Shown: piece by piece, positions 7,928 through 16,674 of the stretch
Layout: each line of letters begins with the position of its first letter
Numbering within the stretch: position 1 is the first letter of the stretch
Origin: Eubacteriales bacterium
GTDB lineage: Bacteria > Bacillota > Clostridia > Oscillospirales > CAG-272
Direction: 5' to 3'
Assembly (NCBI GenBank): GCA_045632465.1
Contig: JAZQWS010000344.1
Span: forward strand, 1 to 43,443
DNA length: 43,443 bases
Notes under the pieces: model-generated
Seen by the model: the letters and a program-made list of their open reading frames with translations, nothing else
The model's database searches: none
Told to the model about the DNA's origin: nothing
Program-made: the position numbers and the translations under genes

Positions 7928-9340
7928 ATGGACAGTAAATTTTCAAAAGAGGCGTTTTTTTCTCGCGATGATAAAAGAATGTCTCGCTTTATGCTCTTTT
8001 TGAGCCTATATTTTCTTCTTTGCTCACTTGCGGCCGTGCTGTTTTTGAAGGAGGGGGATTTCTTTTCTTCGCTTTGGCGCGTGCTGATCTCGCCGAGCCG
8101 TCTTGTAACCGATTATTTTGCGCTTGCGGGTGTTGCCGTCAGCTTTTTTAACGTGGGCGTTTGCGGCTTGATCGCCAATGTCGTGATCTATTTCTCGCGC
8201 CTGAAGATCAACGCAACGGCGTTTGCCGCGTATCTTCTGGTGGTGGCGCACGGATTTTACGGATTGAATTTTCTGAATCTTTGGCTTCCGATGTTCGGTG
8301 TTCTTTTGTATTGCCTCGTGCGCCGCGTGAAGATTTCGGAAAACGCGCACATCATGCTTTTTGCAACGGCGCTTGCTCCCTTTGTGAGCGATCTTCTGTT
8401 TGCATATCCCATGCCGGATCGCGATAAGTTCGGCTTTTCGGTGATCGGACTTGTGCTTTCGATTCTTCTTTCGATCTTCTCGGGCTTCTTCGCGCCCGCC
8501 GTTTTGCCGGGAACAACCGCGATGCACCGCGGTTACAATATGTATAAGGCAGGCCTTGCGCTTGGTCTTCTCGGTCTCTTTCTCTATTCGTTCTTATATC
8601 CGAGCCTTGGAATTTCCGAGCCCGCCCCCTCGATCACCGCGGGTATGCCGCTTCCGACCTTGCTTTCCGCGCAGGGCATCTTTGCAGAGGCTTCGCTCCT
8701 CCTGCTCTTCACGATCTCGCTTTTCCTTGGATTTTTCCTGAACGGAAGAAGCTTTTGCGGTTATAGATCGTTGCTTGGTGCCAGCGGATACGGAACGGAT
8801 TTTTATCACTTGCACGGCGTTCCGCTCTGCTTTGTGAACTTCGGCGTGTATGGATTCACGCTTCTTCTGTACCTGAACGCTGTTTTCGCGCTTCCGCTTC
8901 TGATCCCTGGCTTGCCTGCGGCGGCTTGTTTTACGGGCCCAACGGTTGGCGTTGTATTCGCTGCACTCTCCTTTTCGGCAGACGGACAGCATCCGCGCAA
9001 CATTGCGCCGATCGCGCTCGGCTATGCCTCTCTCTTCGTGGTGTGCTCGTTGCTTTGCGTGGCGCTCGGCCGCCCCGTGGCATGGACACTCGGAACACAG
9101 AGCTACGTAAACGGCTTCGCCTTCGCCACCGGACTTTGCCCCTTGGCAGGAAAATACGGTAAGCGATTTGGTACTTTGGCAGGCTTCCTCGGTGCAACGA
9201 TCTGCACCGTGACGGACGAGATGCACGGCGGCTTCGTTCTGTATAACGGCGGCTTCACCGCGGGACTAACGGCCTTGATTCTCATCTGCCTTTTGGATTT
9301 CTATCATATCAAGCCCAAATTCCGTGACGACATGGAATAA
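7928..9340 (+). CDS. polytopic integral membrane protein of unknown function (possibly DUF1576-like)
   Basis: 470-aa ORF with GGAG 6 nt upstream and about 10-12 hydrophobic segments rich in G/F/L. I recognise no catalytic motif. The DUF1576 assignment is from memory only. Confidence 0.5.
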   Translation: MDSKFSKEAFFSRDDKRMSRFMLFLSLYFLLCSLAAVLFLKEGDFFSSLWRVLISPSRLVTDYFALAGVAVSFFNVGVCGLIANVVIYFSRLKINATAFAAYLLVVAHGFYGLNFLNLWLPMFGVLLYCLVRRVKISENAHIMLFATALAPFVSDLLFAYPMPDRDKFGFSVIGLVLSILLSIFSGFFAPAVLPGTTAMHRGYNMYKAGLALGLLGLFLYSFLYPSLGISEPAPSITAGMPLPTLLSAQGIFAEASLLLLFTISLFLGFFLNGRSFCGYRSLLGASGYGTDFYHLHGVPLCFVNFGVYGFTLLLYLNAVFALPLLIPGLPAAACFTGPTVGVVFAALSFSADGQHPRNIAPIALGYASLFVVCSLLCVALGRPVAWTLGTQSYVNGFAFATGLCPLAGKYGKRFGTLAGFLGATICTVTDEMHGGFVLYNGGFTAGLTALILICLLDFYHIKPKFRDDME

Positions 9341-9349
9341 AGCACCGTG

Positions 9350-10270
9350 TTATACGCGTGGCAAAAGCAACAAAAGCCCAAGGGCAGATGCGCCCATAGA
9401 AAAAAATACGAGAATTTTTCGAGCCTCTTTCGGCGAAAGACCGATCTGCAAAAGCAAATGATGCAGATGCCCGCGGTCTGCCCGAAAGGGGCTTTTTCCT
9501 TTCAAGATCCGCCGCCCCACCGAAACGAAGGTGTCTAAAGCGGGAAGCGCGAGGAAAAAGGAAAATTCCGTGCAGAGCCGCCCGTTGATCGGCGTCATCG
9601 CGAAAACGGCGAGTGCAAGACCGAGCAGCTGGGCGCCCGAATCTCCCATGAAAAGCGATGCAGGGGAGAGATTGAAGGGAAGAAAGCCGAGCAGGGCGAA
9701 AAAAAGAAGAAGCGAAAGAAGCCCCGCCTCGCGCTCGCCATGATAAAAGAAGGTGATGCCGAAGGCAAAGAGCGCAACGAGCGAACTGCAGGCGCAGAGC
9801 CCGTCGATCCCATCCGTGAAATTCACGCCGTTCATATAAAGAAGGAAGCGGTATGCGCCGTAAGCATAGCCGAGTGTCGCAGGGAGAGGGATGGAGAGAG
9901 AAAGAAAGGAAAATGCCTCGGGAATACCAAGCACGGGCAGGGTGATCAGCGCAGAGAGACCTTGCAGGATCAGCTTCGTGATAGGGGAAAGCCCGCGCAC
10001 GTCATCCAAAACGCCGCAAAGAAAAATCGTGCCGCCGCCGATGAGGAGCGCCGCCGCCGTTTTTTCGATCGGGCGGCAGAAAAGAAGCAGGGAAACAAAA
10101 AAGGCGAAAAAGATGCCCGCACCCCCGAGCCTAACGGTCGGTCTTGCGTGGCGATGCCGCCCCGTATCGGGAATATCCAGCGCGCCGAGCACGAGACCTG
10201 CGCGCCGCACGGTGGGCATGGAAAGCATGGAAAGCGCGAAGGTGAAAAGAAAAAAGAAGAAAAATTTCAT
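9350..10270 (-). CDS. glycosyltransferase family 4 polyprenyl-phosphate sugar-1-phosphate transferase (MraY/WecA/TagO type)
   Basis: Motifs NFTDGIDGL and FMGDSGAQLLG, plus N-terminal ...LDIPDTGRHRHARPTVRLGGAGIFFAF, typical of WecA/TagO. ATG at the complement of 10268-10270 is preferred over the TTG at 10276. Confidence 0.85.
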   Translation of the reverse strand: MKFFFFFLFTFALSMLSMPTVRRAGLVLGALDIPDTGRHRHARPTVRLGGAGIFFAFFVSLLLFCRPIEKTAAALLIGGGTIFLCGVLDDVRGLSPITKLILQGLSALITLPVLGIPEAFSFLSLSIPLPATLGYAYGAYRFLLYMNGVNFTDGIDGLCACSSLVALFAFGITFFYHGEREAGLLSLLLFFALLGFLPFNLSPASLFMGDSGAQLLGLALAVFAMTPINGRLCTEFSFFLALPALDTFVSVGRRILKGKSPFRADRGHLHHLLLQIGLSPKEARKILVFFSMGASALGLLLLLPRV

Positions 10271-10276
10271 CGGCAA

Positions 10277-10316
10277 TAAAAAAGTGGAAGAGGGGCCTTG
10301 TCAGCATCTCTTCCAC
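10277..10316 (-). terminator. intrinsic terminator after trpS
   Basis: On the minus strand, stem gtggaagag / ctcttccac (10308-10316 and 10284-10292) followed by TTTTTTATT (complement of 10275-10283). Confidence 0.75.
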
Positions 10317-10340
10317 TGTCTTTCTTTTGATATGTAAATA

Positions 10341-11336
10341 TTAATTTACAAAACCGATCTTTCTTCTAACCTTGGACATGGTTTTTCTTGCGTAGTAAGC
10401 CGCTTCCTCTGCGCCGTTTTTCATAACGCTTTCGAGGAATGCCTTGTCTGCCATCAGTCGGTCAAACTCCGCACGCACGGGTGCAAGTCCGTCCGCGCAG
10501 GCCTCGCCAACGGCAACCTTGAAGTCGCCGTATCCCTTGCCCGCAAATTCTCTCTCGATCTCCTCGAAGGTCTTGCCGGTGAAGGCATGATAAATGGTCA
10601 TCAGGTTGTTAACGCCGTCCTTGCCGGGCGCATAGCGCACCTCAGCCTCCGAGTCGGTAACGGCCTTCTTGAACTTGCGGATCATATCGTCCTTCGTGTC
10701 AAGAATATAAACAACGGCGTTTGTGTTTTCGTCGGATTTGGACATCTTCTGCGTCGGCGCGGCGAGGGACATGATCTTCATCGTGTCGGTCGGAATATAT
10801 CCTTCGGGAACGGTAAAGGTGTCGCTGTAAATCTGGTTGAAGCGCATCGCAATGTCGCGCGCAAGCTCCAGATGCTGCTTCTGGTCAATACCAACGGGCA
10901 CGAGGTCGGTCTGATAAAGAAGGATATCTGCCGCCATCAGCGTGGGGTAGGTGAAAAGACCTGCATTGATATTCTGCGCATTTTTTGCACTTTTATCCTT
11001 AAACTGTGTCATGCGGGAAAGCTCGCCGTGCATCGTGTAGCAATCGAGGATCCAGCCAAGCTCTGCGTGCGCGGGAACGTGCGACTGCACGAAGAGGGTG
11101 TTCTTCTTCTCGTCAAGACCGCAGGCCATGTAGAGCGCAAGCGTTTCGTAGGTGCGGCGGCGAAGCTCCGCAGGCACCTGGCGCACGGTGATCGCGTGCA
11201 TGTCCACAACGCAGTAGAAGGTTTTATATTCATCCGAAAAGCGCGAGAAATTTTTGATCGCGCCAAGATAATTTCCGATCGTCAGGTTGCCCGAGGGCTG
11301 CACGCCGGAAAACACGGTTTTTTTATCGCCGTTCAT
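10341..11336 (-). CDS. trpS: tryptophan--tRNA ligase
   Basis: MNGDKKTVFSGVQPSGNLTIGNYLGA (class I HIGH-region equivalent), a KMSKS motif, and about 330 aa, typical of bacterial TrpRS. GGAG sits upstream of ATG 11336. Confidence 0.95.
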   Translation of the reverse strand: MNGDKKTVFSGVQPSGNLTIGNYLGAIKNFSRFSDEYKTFYCVVDMHAITVRQVPAELRRRTYETLALYMACGLDEKKNTLFVQSHVPAHAELGWILDCYTMHGELSRMTQFKDKSAKNAQNINAGLFTYPTLMAADILLYQTDLVPVGIDQKQHLELARDIAMRFNQIYSDTFTVPEGYIPTDTMKIMSLAAPTQKMSKSDENTNAVVYILDTKDDMIRKFKKAVTDSEAEVRYAPGKDGVNNLMTIYHAFTGKTFEEIEREFAGKGYGDFKVAVGEACADGLAPVRAEFDRLMADKAFLESVMKNGAEEAAYYARKTMSKVRRKIGFVN

Positions 11337-11406
11337 AAAGATCTCCATTCTGTCGCCATCGGCGACCGTACAAAAGGTTGATGAATTTTTTTATATTCAC
11401 CATACA

Positions 11407-11435
11407 ATTATACAACTCGCGCGCCGCTTTGTCAA
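11407..11435 (-). promoter_or_regulatory. consensus sigma-A promoter for trpS
   Basis: On the minus strand, TTGACA (complement of 11430-11435), exactly 17 nt, TATAAT (complement of 11407-11412). The leader is about 60 nt and contains the small hairpin gtcgcc-gat-ggcgac next to the SD. Confidence 0.7.
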
Positions 11436-11537
11436 GTCAAAGAGGCGCTTTTAAGCATAAAAACAGAAAAAATAAAACATTTTTTGAAAAGATAGGTGAA
11501 AAATTCTTTGAAAATCATAAAAATCTTTATAATACTA

Positions 11538-11566
11538 TTTACTTTTCATATATTTCGTGCTATAAT
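11538..11566 (+). promoter_or_regulatory. extended -10 promoter for PFOR
   Basis: TTTACT (11538-11543), 17 nt, TGcTATAAT (TATAAT at 11561-11566). Confidence 0.55.
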
Positions 11567-11642
11567 ATACGTTGGCATATGAAAAATGCCGCGTCTTATA
11601 ATTCTTGATGTATATAAAATTTCATATATGGAGGAAAAACCA

Positions 11643-14600
11643 ATGGTAGAAAGAAAGAAAATTTCTATGGATGGTAACACAGCTGCTGCGCACGTATCGT
11701 ATGCGTTCACGGAAGTTGCCGCCATCTACCCCATCACCCCCTCATCCAACATGGCTGAGGTAACCGACACCTGGTCCGCATCGAACAAGAACATCTTCGG
11801 CGAGCCCGCAAAGAACATTTTCGGCACGAACGTTAAGGTTGTTGAGATGCAGTCCGAGGCAGGCGCCGCAGGTTCCGTTCACGGTTCTCTTGCTGCAGGT
11901 GCTATGACCACCACCTACACTGCTTCCCAGGGTCTGCTTCTTATGATCCCCAACATGTATAAGATCGCGGGCGAGCTGCTTCCTTGCGTTATTCACGTTT
12001 CCGCAAGATGCGTTGCTTCTCACGCGCTGAACATTTTCGGTGACCATTCCGACGTTTATTCCTGCCGCCAGACCGGCTTTGCCATGATGGCAGAGAGCAA
12101 CGGCCAGGAGGTTATGGACCTTGGCGCCGTTTCCCACCTTGCAACCATCAAGGGAAGAGTTCCTTTCCTGAACTTCTTCGATGGCTTCCGCACCTCTCAC
12201 GAGATCACCAAGGTTGCCGCTTGGGACTATAAGGATCTTGCTGATATGGTGGATTGGGATGCTGTTGCCGCTTTCCGCGCAAGATCTCTGAACCCCGAAA
12301 CCGCTCCCATGCTGAGAGGCTCTGCTGAGAACGGCGATATCTTCTTCCAGCACAGAGAGTCCTGCAACCCCTACTACGATGCGCTTCCCGCAATCGTTGA
12401 GGAGTACATGGACAAGGTTAACGCTAAGCTTGGAACAAACTATAAGCTCTTCAACTACTACGGCGCACCCGATGCTGATCGCGTGATCATCGCTATGGGC
12501 TCTGTTTGCGACGTAGCAGAGGAAGTTATCGATTACCTCCTTGCTAAGGGCGAGAAGGTTGGTCTTGTTAAGGTTCGTCTTTACAGACCCTTCGTTGCCG
12601 AGAAGCTTGCTGAGGCAATTCCCGCAACCGCAAAGGTTATCTCTGTTCTTGACAGAACCAAGGAGCCCGGCTCTCTTGGCGAGCCCCTTTACCTTGACGT
12701 TATCGCAGCTCTCAACGAGGTTGGCAGATGCGGCGTGAAGGTTCTTGGCGGACGTTACGGTCTTGGCTCTAAGGACACCACTCCCGCTTCCATCTTCGCG
12801 GTTTACGAGAACATGGCAGGCGAGCAGAAGAACCACTTTACTATCGGTATCGTGGATGATCTCACCGGTCACTCTCTCCCCGAGCAGAAGGCTCCCAACA
12901 CCGCTCCCGTGGATATGATCCAGTGCAAGTTCTGGGGTCTGGGCGGCGACGGTACCGTTGGTGCAAACAAGAACTCCATCAAGATCATCGGTGACCACAC
13001 CGATAAGTTCATCCAGGCATACTTCCAGTATGACTCCAAGAAGACCTCCGGTATCACTATTTCTCACCTTCGTTTCGGTGATAGCCCCATCAAGTCTTCT
13101 TACTATATCAATAAGGCTGACTTCGTTGCTTGCCACAACAACGCATACCTCAACAAGTACGATATGATCTCCGACGTGAAGCCCGGCGGTACCTTCCTTC
13201 TGGACTGCCCCTGGTCTGTAGAGGAGCTTGATAAGCACCTTCCCGCATCGGTTAAGACCTATATCGCAAAGAACGACGTTCAGTTCTACACCATCAACGC
13301 AACCAAGATTGCTATCGACCTTGGTAACGCAAAGGTTAAGAACACCGTTCTTCAGTCCGCATTCTTCTCTCTTGCAGGCATTCTTCCCATCGAGGAAGCA
13401 ATCGGCTACATGAAGAAGGCTGCATACAAGTCCTATATCAAGAAGGGACAGGCTATCGTTGACCTCAACTATGCCGCAATCGACGCAGGTAAGGATGCTC
13501 TTACCAAGGTTGCCGTTCCCGCTGATTGGGCAAATGCAGGTGAGACCGCTCCCGCAGCTAAGGTTGTTGGTAAGAGAGCAGAGCTCATTGACTTCGTAAA
13601 CGACATCGTTGTTCCCGTTGGCAAGATGCAGGGTGACAGCCTTTCCGTTGCAACCTTCGCTAAGTATGCAGACGGTACCTTCCCCCAGGGCTCTGCCGCA
13701 TTCGAGAAGAGAGGCGTTGCCGTTTCCGTTCCTCAGTGGAATCCCGAAACCTGTATCCAGTGTAACAACTGTGCGTTCGTTTGTCCTCATGCCTGCATCC
13801 GTCCCTTCGCTATGACCGAGGCCGAGGCTGCAGCAGCTCCCGAGGTAACTAAGTTCACGAAGGCACCCGTTGCAAAGACCACCTATAAGTTCACGATGGC
13901 TGTTTCTCCCCTTGACTGTATGGGATGCACGCTTTGCGTTAAGGCTTGCCCTGTAACCGCAAACGCTGCTAAGACCGGCAAGGCTCCCGCAATCGAGATG
14001 AAGCCCATCGCTACTCAGCTTGATCAGCAGCCCGCTTATGACTACGCTGTTGCAAAGGTTTCCGAGAAGCCCGAGCTTATCAACGTAACCGTTAAGGGTA
14101 GCCAGTTCAAGCAGCCCCTCCTTGAGTACTCGGGCTCCTGCGCAGGCTGTGCAGAAACCTCTTACGCTCGTCTTATCACCCAGCTCTTCGGTGAGAGAAT
14201 GTATATCTCCAACGCAACCGGTTGTTCCTCCATCTGGGGTGGCTCCGCTCCCGCAACTCCTTACACCGTAAACAAGGAATCCGGCCACGGTGTTGCTTGG
14301 GCAAACTCCCTGTTCGAGGATAACGCAGAGCACGGTCTTGGTATGTATATCGGCCAGAAGGCAATCCGCGATAAGCTGATCGCTATGGTTGAGGAGATGG
14401 CTCAGTCCGAGAAGGCTTCTGCAGAATTCAAGGCTGCTGCCGAGAATTATATCGCAACCAAGAACGACGGTAAGGCAAATGAGGCTGCAACCAAGGCTCT
14501 TGTTGCTGAGCTTGAAAAGGCTGCAGCAGCAGGCTGTCCCGTTGCTCCCAAGATCCTTGCTGAGAAGCAGTACCTCTCCAAGAAGGCCGTTTGGATCTTC

Positions 14601-15239
14601 GGTGGTGACGGTTGGGCATACGATATCGGCTTCGGCGGTCTTGACCACGTGCTTGCATCCGGCGAGGACGTAAACGTAATGGTATTCGATACCGAGGTTT
14701 ACTCCAACACCGGTGGACAGGCTTCCAAGGCTTCCAACATCGGTCAGGTTGCTCAGTTCGCTGCTGCAGGTAAGGCAATCGGCAAGAAGAATCTTGCAGA
14801 GATCGCTATGTCCTACGGTTATGTATACGTTGCTCAGATCGCTATGGGCGCAGATATGAACCAGACGCTGAAGGCAATTGCCGAGGCTGAGGCATATCCC
14901 GGACCTTCGCTTATCATCGGCTACGCTCCTTGCGAGATGCACTCCATCAAGGGGGGTATGGCAAACTGCCAGGCTGAGATGAAGAAAGCTGTTGAGACCG
15001 GTTACTGGCATATGTTCCGCTTCAATCCTTCGCTGAAGGCAGAGGGCAAGAATCCCTTCTCGCTGGATTCCAAGGAGCCTACCGGCAACTATCAGGACTT
15101 CATCACGAACGAAGCTCGTTACACCCGTCTTGCTCAGCAGTTCCCCGAGAGAGCGAAGGAGCTCTTCGAGAAGGCTGAGGCAACCGCAAAGGCGAAGTAC
15201 GAGAGACTCGTTGACCTCGTTGAATTTTACAACAAGTAA
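11643..15239 (+). CDS. nifJ: pyruvate:ferredoxin (flavodoxin) oxidoreductase, single-polypeptide PFOR
   Basis: About 1198 aa starting MVERKKISMDGNTAAAHVSYAF. Two 4Fe-4S ferredoxin motifs (CIQCNNCAFVCPH, CMGCTLCVKACP) and the TPP block GGDGWAYDIGFGGLDHV. GGAGG at 11630-11634. Strong codon bias. Confidence 0.97.
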   Translation: MVERKKISMDGNTAAAHVSYAFTEVAAIYPITPSSNMAEVTDTWSASNKNIFGEPAKNIFGTNVKVVEMQSEAGAAGSVHGSLAAGAMTTTYTASQGLLLMIPNMYKIAGELLPCVIHVSARCVASHALNIFGDHSDVYSCRQTGFAMMAESNGQEVMDLGAVSHLATIKGRVPFLNFFDGFRTSHEITKVAAWDYKDLADMVDWDAVAAFRARSLNPETAPMLRGSAENGDIFFQHRESCNPYYDALPAIVEEYMDKVNAKLGTNYKLFNYYGAPDADRVIIAMGSVCDVAEEVIDYLLAKGEKVGLVKVRLYRPFVAEKLAEAIPATAKVISVLDRTKEPGSLGEPLYLDVIAALNEVGRCGVKVLGGRYGLGSKDTTPASIFAVYENMAGEQKNHFTIGIVDDLTGHSLPEQKAPNTAPVDMIQCKFWGLGGDGTVGANKNSIKIIGDHTDKFIQAYFQYDSKKTSGITISHLRFGDSPIKSSYYINKADFVACHNNAYLNKYDMISDVKPGGTFLLDCPWSVEELDKHLPASVKTYIAKNDVQFYTINATKIAIDLGNAKVKNTVLQSAFFSLAGILPIEEAIGYMKKAAYKSYIKKGQAIVDLNYAAIDAGKDALTKVAVPADWANAGETAPAAKVVGKRAELIDFVNDIVVPVGKMQGDSLSVATFAKYADGTFPQGSAAFEKRGVAVSVPQWNPETCIQCNNCAFVCPHACIRPFAMTEAEAAAAPEVTKFTKAPVAKTTYKFTMAVSPLDCMGCTLCVKACPVTANAAKTGKAPAIEMKPIATQLDQQPAYDYAVAKVSEKPELINVTVKGSQFKQPLLEYSGSCAGCAETSYARLITQLFGERMYISNATGCSSIWGGSAPATPYTVNKESGHGVAWANSLFEDNAEHGLGMYIGQKAIRDKLIAMVEEMAQSEKASAEFKAAAENYIATKNDGKANEAATKALVAELEKAAAAGCPVAPKILAEKQYLSKKAVWIFGGDGWAYDIGFGGLDHVLASGEDVNVMVFDTEVYSNTGGQASKASNIGQVAQFAAAGKAIGKKNLAEIAMSYGYVYVAQIAMGADMNQTLKAIAEAEAYPGPSLIIGYAPCEMHSIKGGMANCQAEMKKAVETGYWHMFRFNPSLKAEGKNPFSLDSKEPTGNYQDFITNEARYTRLAQQFPERAKELFEKAEATAKAKYERLVDLVEFYNK

Positions 15240-15291
15240 TTTCTCATAATAAGAACGGGGCTGTCGCATTTAGGCATAACCGAATAAAAAA

Positions 15292-15327
15292 CGGCAGAAG
15301 CATTGTTGAAAAACAGTGTTTCTGCCG
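15292..15327 (+). terminator. probable terminator hairpin after PFOR (weak U-tract)
   Basis: About 16-bp stem cggcagaagcattgtt-gaaa-aacagtgtttctgccg. The tail ctgctttatgc is T-poor, hence moderate confidence. Confidence 0.45.
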
Positions 15328-15484
15328 CTGCTTTATGCAAATCAAGGGAATTAAGGTTGAAAACCTACGGTTTTCTCCATTCAATTAAAGTTTTTTATTC
15401 TATTTCCGTTTCCTCGCTCATCGTACCTTTGTACGATTATCGCTCGTTAGCCGAAAATTTCTGCTCTAAATCCGTTCGCCCCGA

Positions 15485-15510
15485 GGCTACCGCAAAATTT
15501 TGCGGTAGCC
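15485..15510. repeat. perfect 26-bp palindrome
   Basis: GGCTACCGCAAAATTTTGCGGTAGCC is its own reverse complement. It lies about 50 nt upstream of the apbE start. Confidence 0.9.
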
Positions 15511-15557
15511 CTTTGAAAAATATGAAAAAGTTATAAAATGTAAAGGATAATAGTCAT

Positions 15558-16589
15558 ATGATGAAGAAAATGGGGGCTTTTCTCCTGATTCTTTCCTTGA
15601 TCCTTCCCTCGCTTTTTTCTTGCAGCACGAGGGAAATTGTGTATTATCAGTATTTTGACACCGTGATCGCTTTGTCCTCCACCTATGCGACAAGAGCGGA
15701 TTTTGAAGAAAACGTGGCCGCCGCAGAAAAGGAAATCGCGGATTACCACAAGCTTTTTGATATTTATCATGAATATTCCGGCATGAAAAATCTCTGCTCG
15801 GTAAACCGCGCGGCAGGGAAGGAAGCCGTTTCCATAGATCGCCGTCTTTTTGATTTTCTCTCGCAGGCGAAGGCCTTGTATGAAAAAACGGACGGGCAAC
15901 TGAACGTGATGATGGGCGCCGTTACCTCGCTTTGGAAGGCCGCGGGTGCTGACGCTGAAAGCGGCACGGGTGTTTTGCCAACAGAGGAGGAGATCGCGGC
16001 GGCGCGCCTGCATTGCTCCATTGATAGCCTTGTTCTGGACGAGGAAAATCTAACCGCCTATATCAGCGATCCCGCCGCCTCTCTGGACGTTGGTGCTTAT
16101 GGCAAGGGATATGCCGCCGAGCGCGTGGCGGAGCTTCTTTCTGCGCGCGGCGTTTCGGATTCTTACGTTTTGGATTTTGGCGGCAACCTTCGCGTGATCG
16201 GCGCGCCGCACAATAGAGAAGCCTTTATCGCGGGCATCCGCGATCCGCAGGCCAACGCAAGCGGCGAGCATGTTTTGCGCCTGTATTTGAAAAATGCATC
16301 GCTCGTAACGTCGGGCAGTTATTTTCGCTATTTTGAGATTGACGGCGTGCGCTATCATCACCTGATCGATCCCGAAACGGGTTACCCCGCATCCGTCTTT
16401 TCCTCCGTCACGATCTACGGCGCGGATAGCGGCATCTGCGATGCGCTCAGCACGGCACTCTTCGTGATGACGGAGGAGGAGGGCAGAGCCCTTCTTGAAG
16501 AGCGTTTTGAGGGCTACAAGGCCGTTTGGGTATATGCTTCGGGTGAGATGCATATGAGCGAGGGAATTGAGGAATTCGTTGTAAAATAG
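15558..16589 (+). CDS. apbE: FAD:protein FMN transferase (ApbE family) lipoprotein
   Basis: Signal peptide plus lipobox MMKKMGAFLLILSLILPSLFSC, then ApbE-like blocks (FDTVI..., GKGYAAERV, HHLIDPETGYP). Confidence 0.85.
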   Translation: MMKKMGAFLLILSLILPSLFSCSTREIVYYQYFDTVIALSSTYATRADFEENVAAAEKEIADYHKLFDIYHEYSGMKNLCSVNRAAGKEAVSIDRRLFDFLSQAKALYEKTDGQLNVMMGAVTSLWKAAGADAESGTGVLPTEEEIAAARLHCSIDSLVLDEENLTAYISDPAASLDVGAYGKGYAAERVAELLSARGVSDSYVLDFGGNLRVIGAPHNREAFIAGIRDPQANASGEHVLRLYLKNASLVTSGSYFRYFEIDGVRYHHLIDPETGYPASVFSSVTIYGADSGICDALSTALFVMTEEEGRALLEERFEGYKAVWVYASGEMHMSEGIEEFVVK

Positions 16590-16625
16590 TGCATACGGGT
16601 TGGTCGCATTCGCGGCAGAACCAAA

Positions 16626-16668
16626 TAAAAAAGGTTGAATCGTGGAGATTCAACCTTTTTTATTTTTG
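16626..16668. terminator. bidirectional intrinsic terminator between the convergent apbE and Na/Pi genes
   Basis: A-run, then stem aaggttgaatc (16631-16641) / gattcaacctt (16647-16657), then TTTTTTATTTTT. Confidence 0.8.
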
Positions 16669-16674
16669 GAAAAA

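Noticed and set aside
11742-15269. 1175-aa stop-free ORF on the minus strand covering the whole PFOR gene
   Set aside because: It is exactly antisense to a gene with unmistakable PFOR motifs and strong codon bias. Its product is low-complexity (L/G/S/V/C-rich) with no SD or promoter. This is a classic shadow ORF, created because the sense codon usage avoids the codons (TTA, CTA, TCA) whose complements are stops.
15303-15536. 77-aa ORF in the PFOR-apbE spacer
   Set aside because: It uses a non-ATG start with no SD and spans the terminator hairpin and the repeat-like elements. Its composition is not protein-like, so the region is treated as non-coding.
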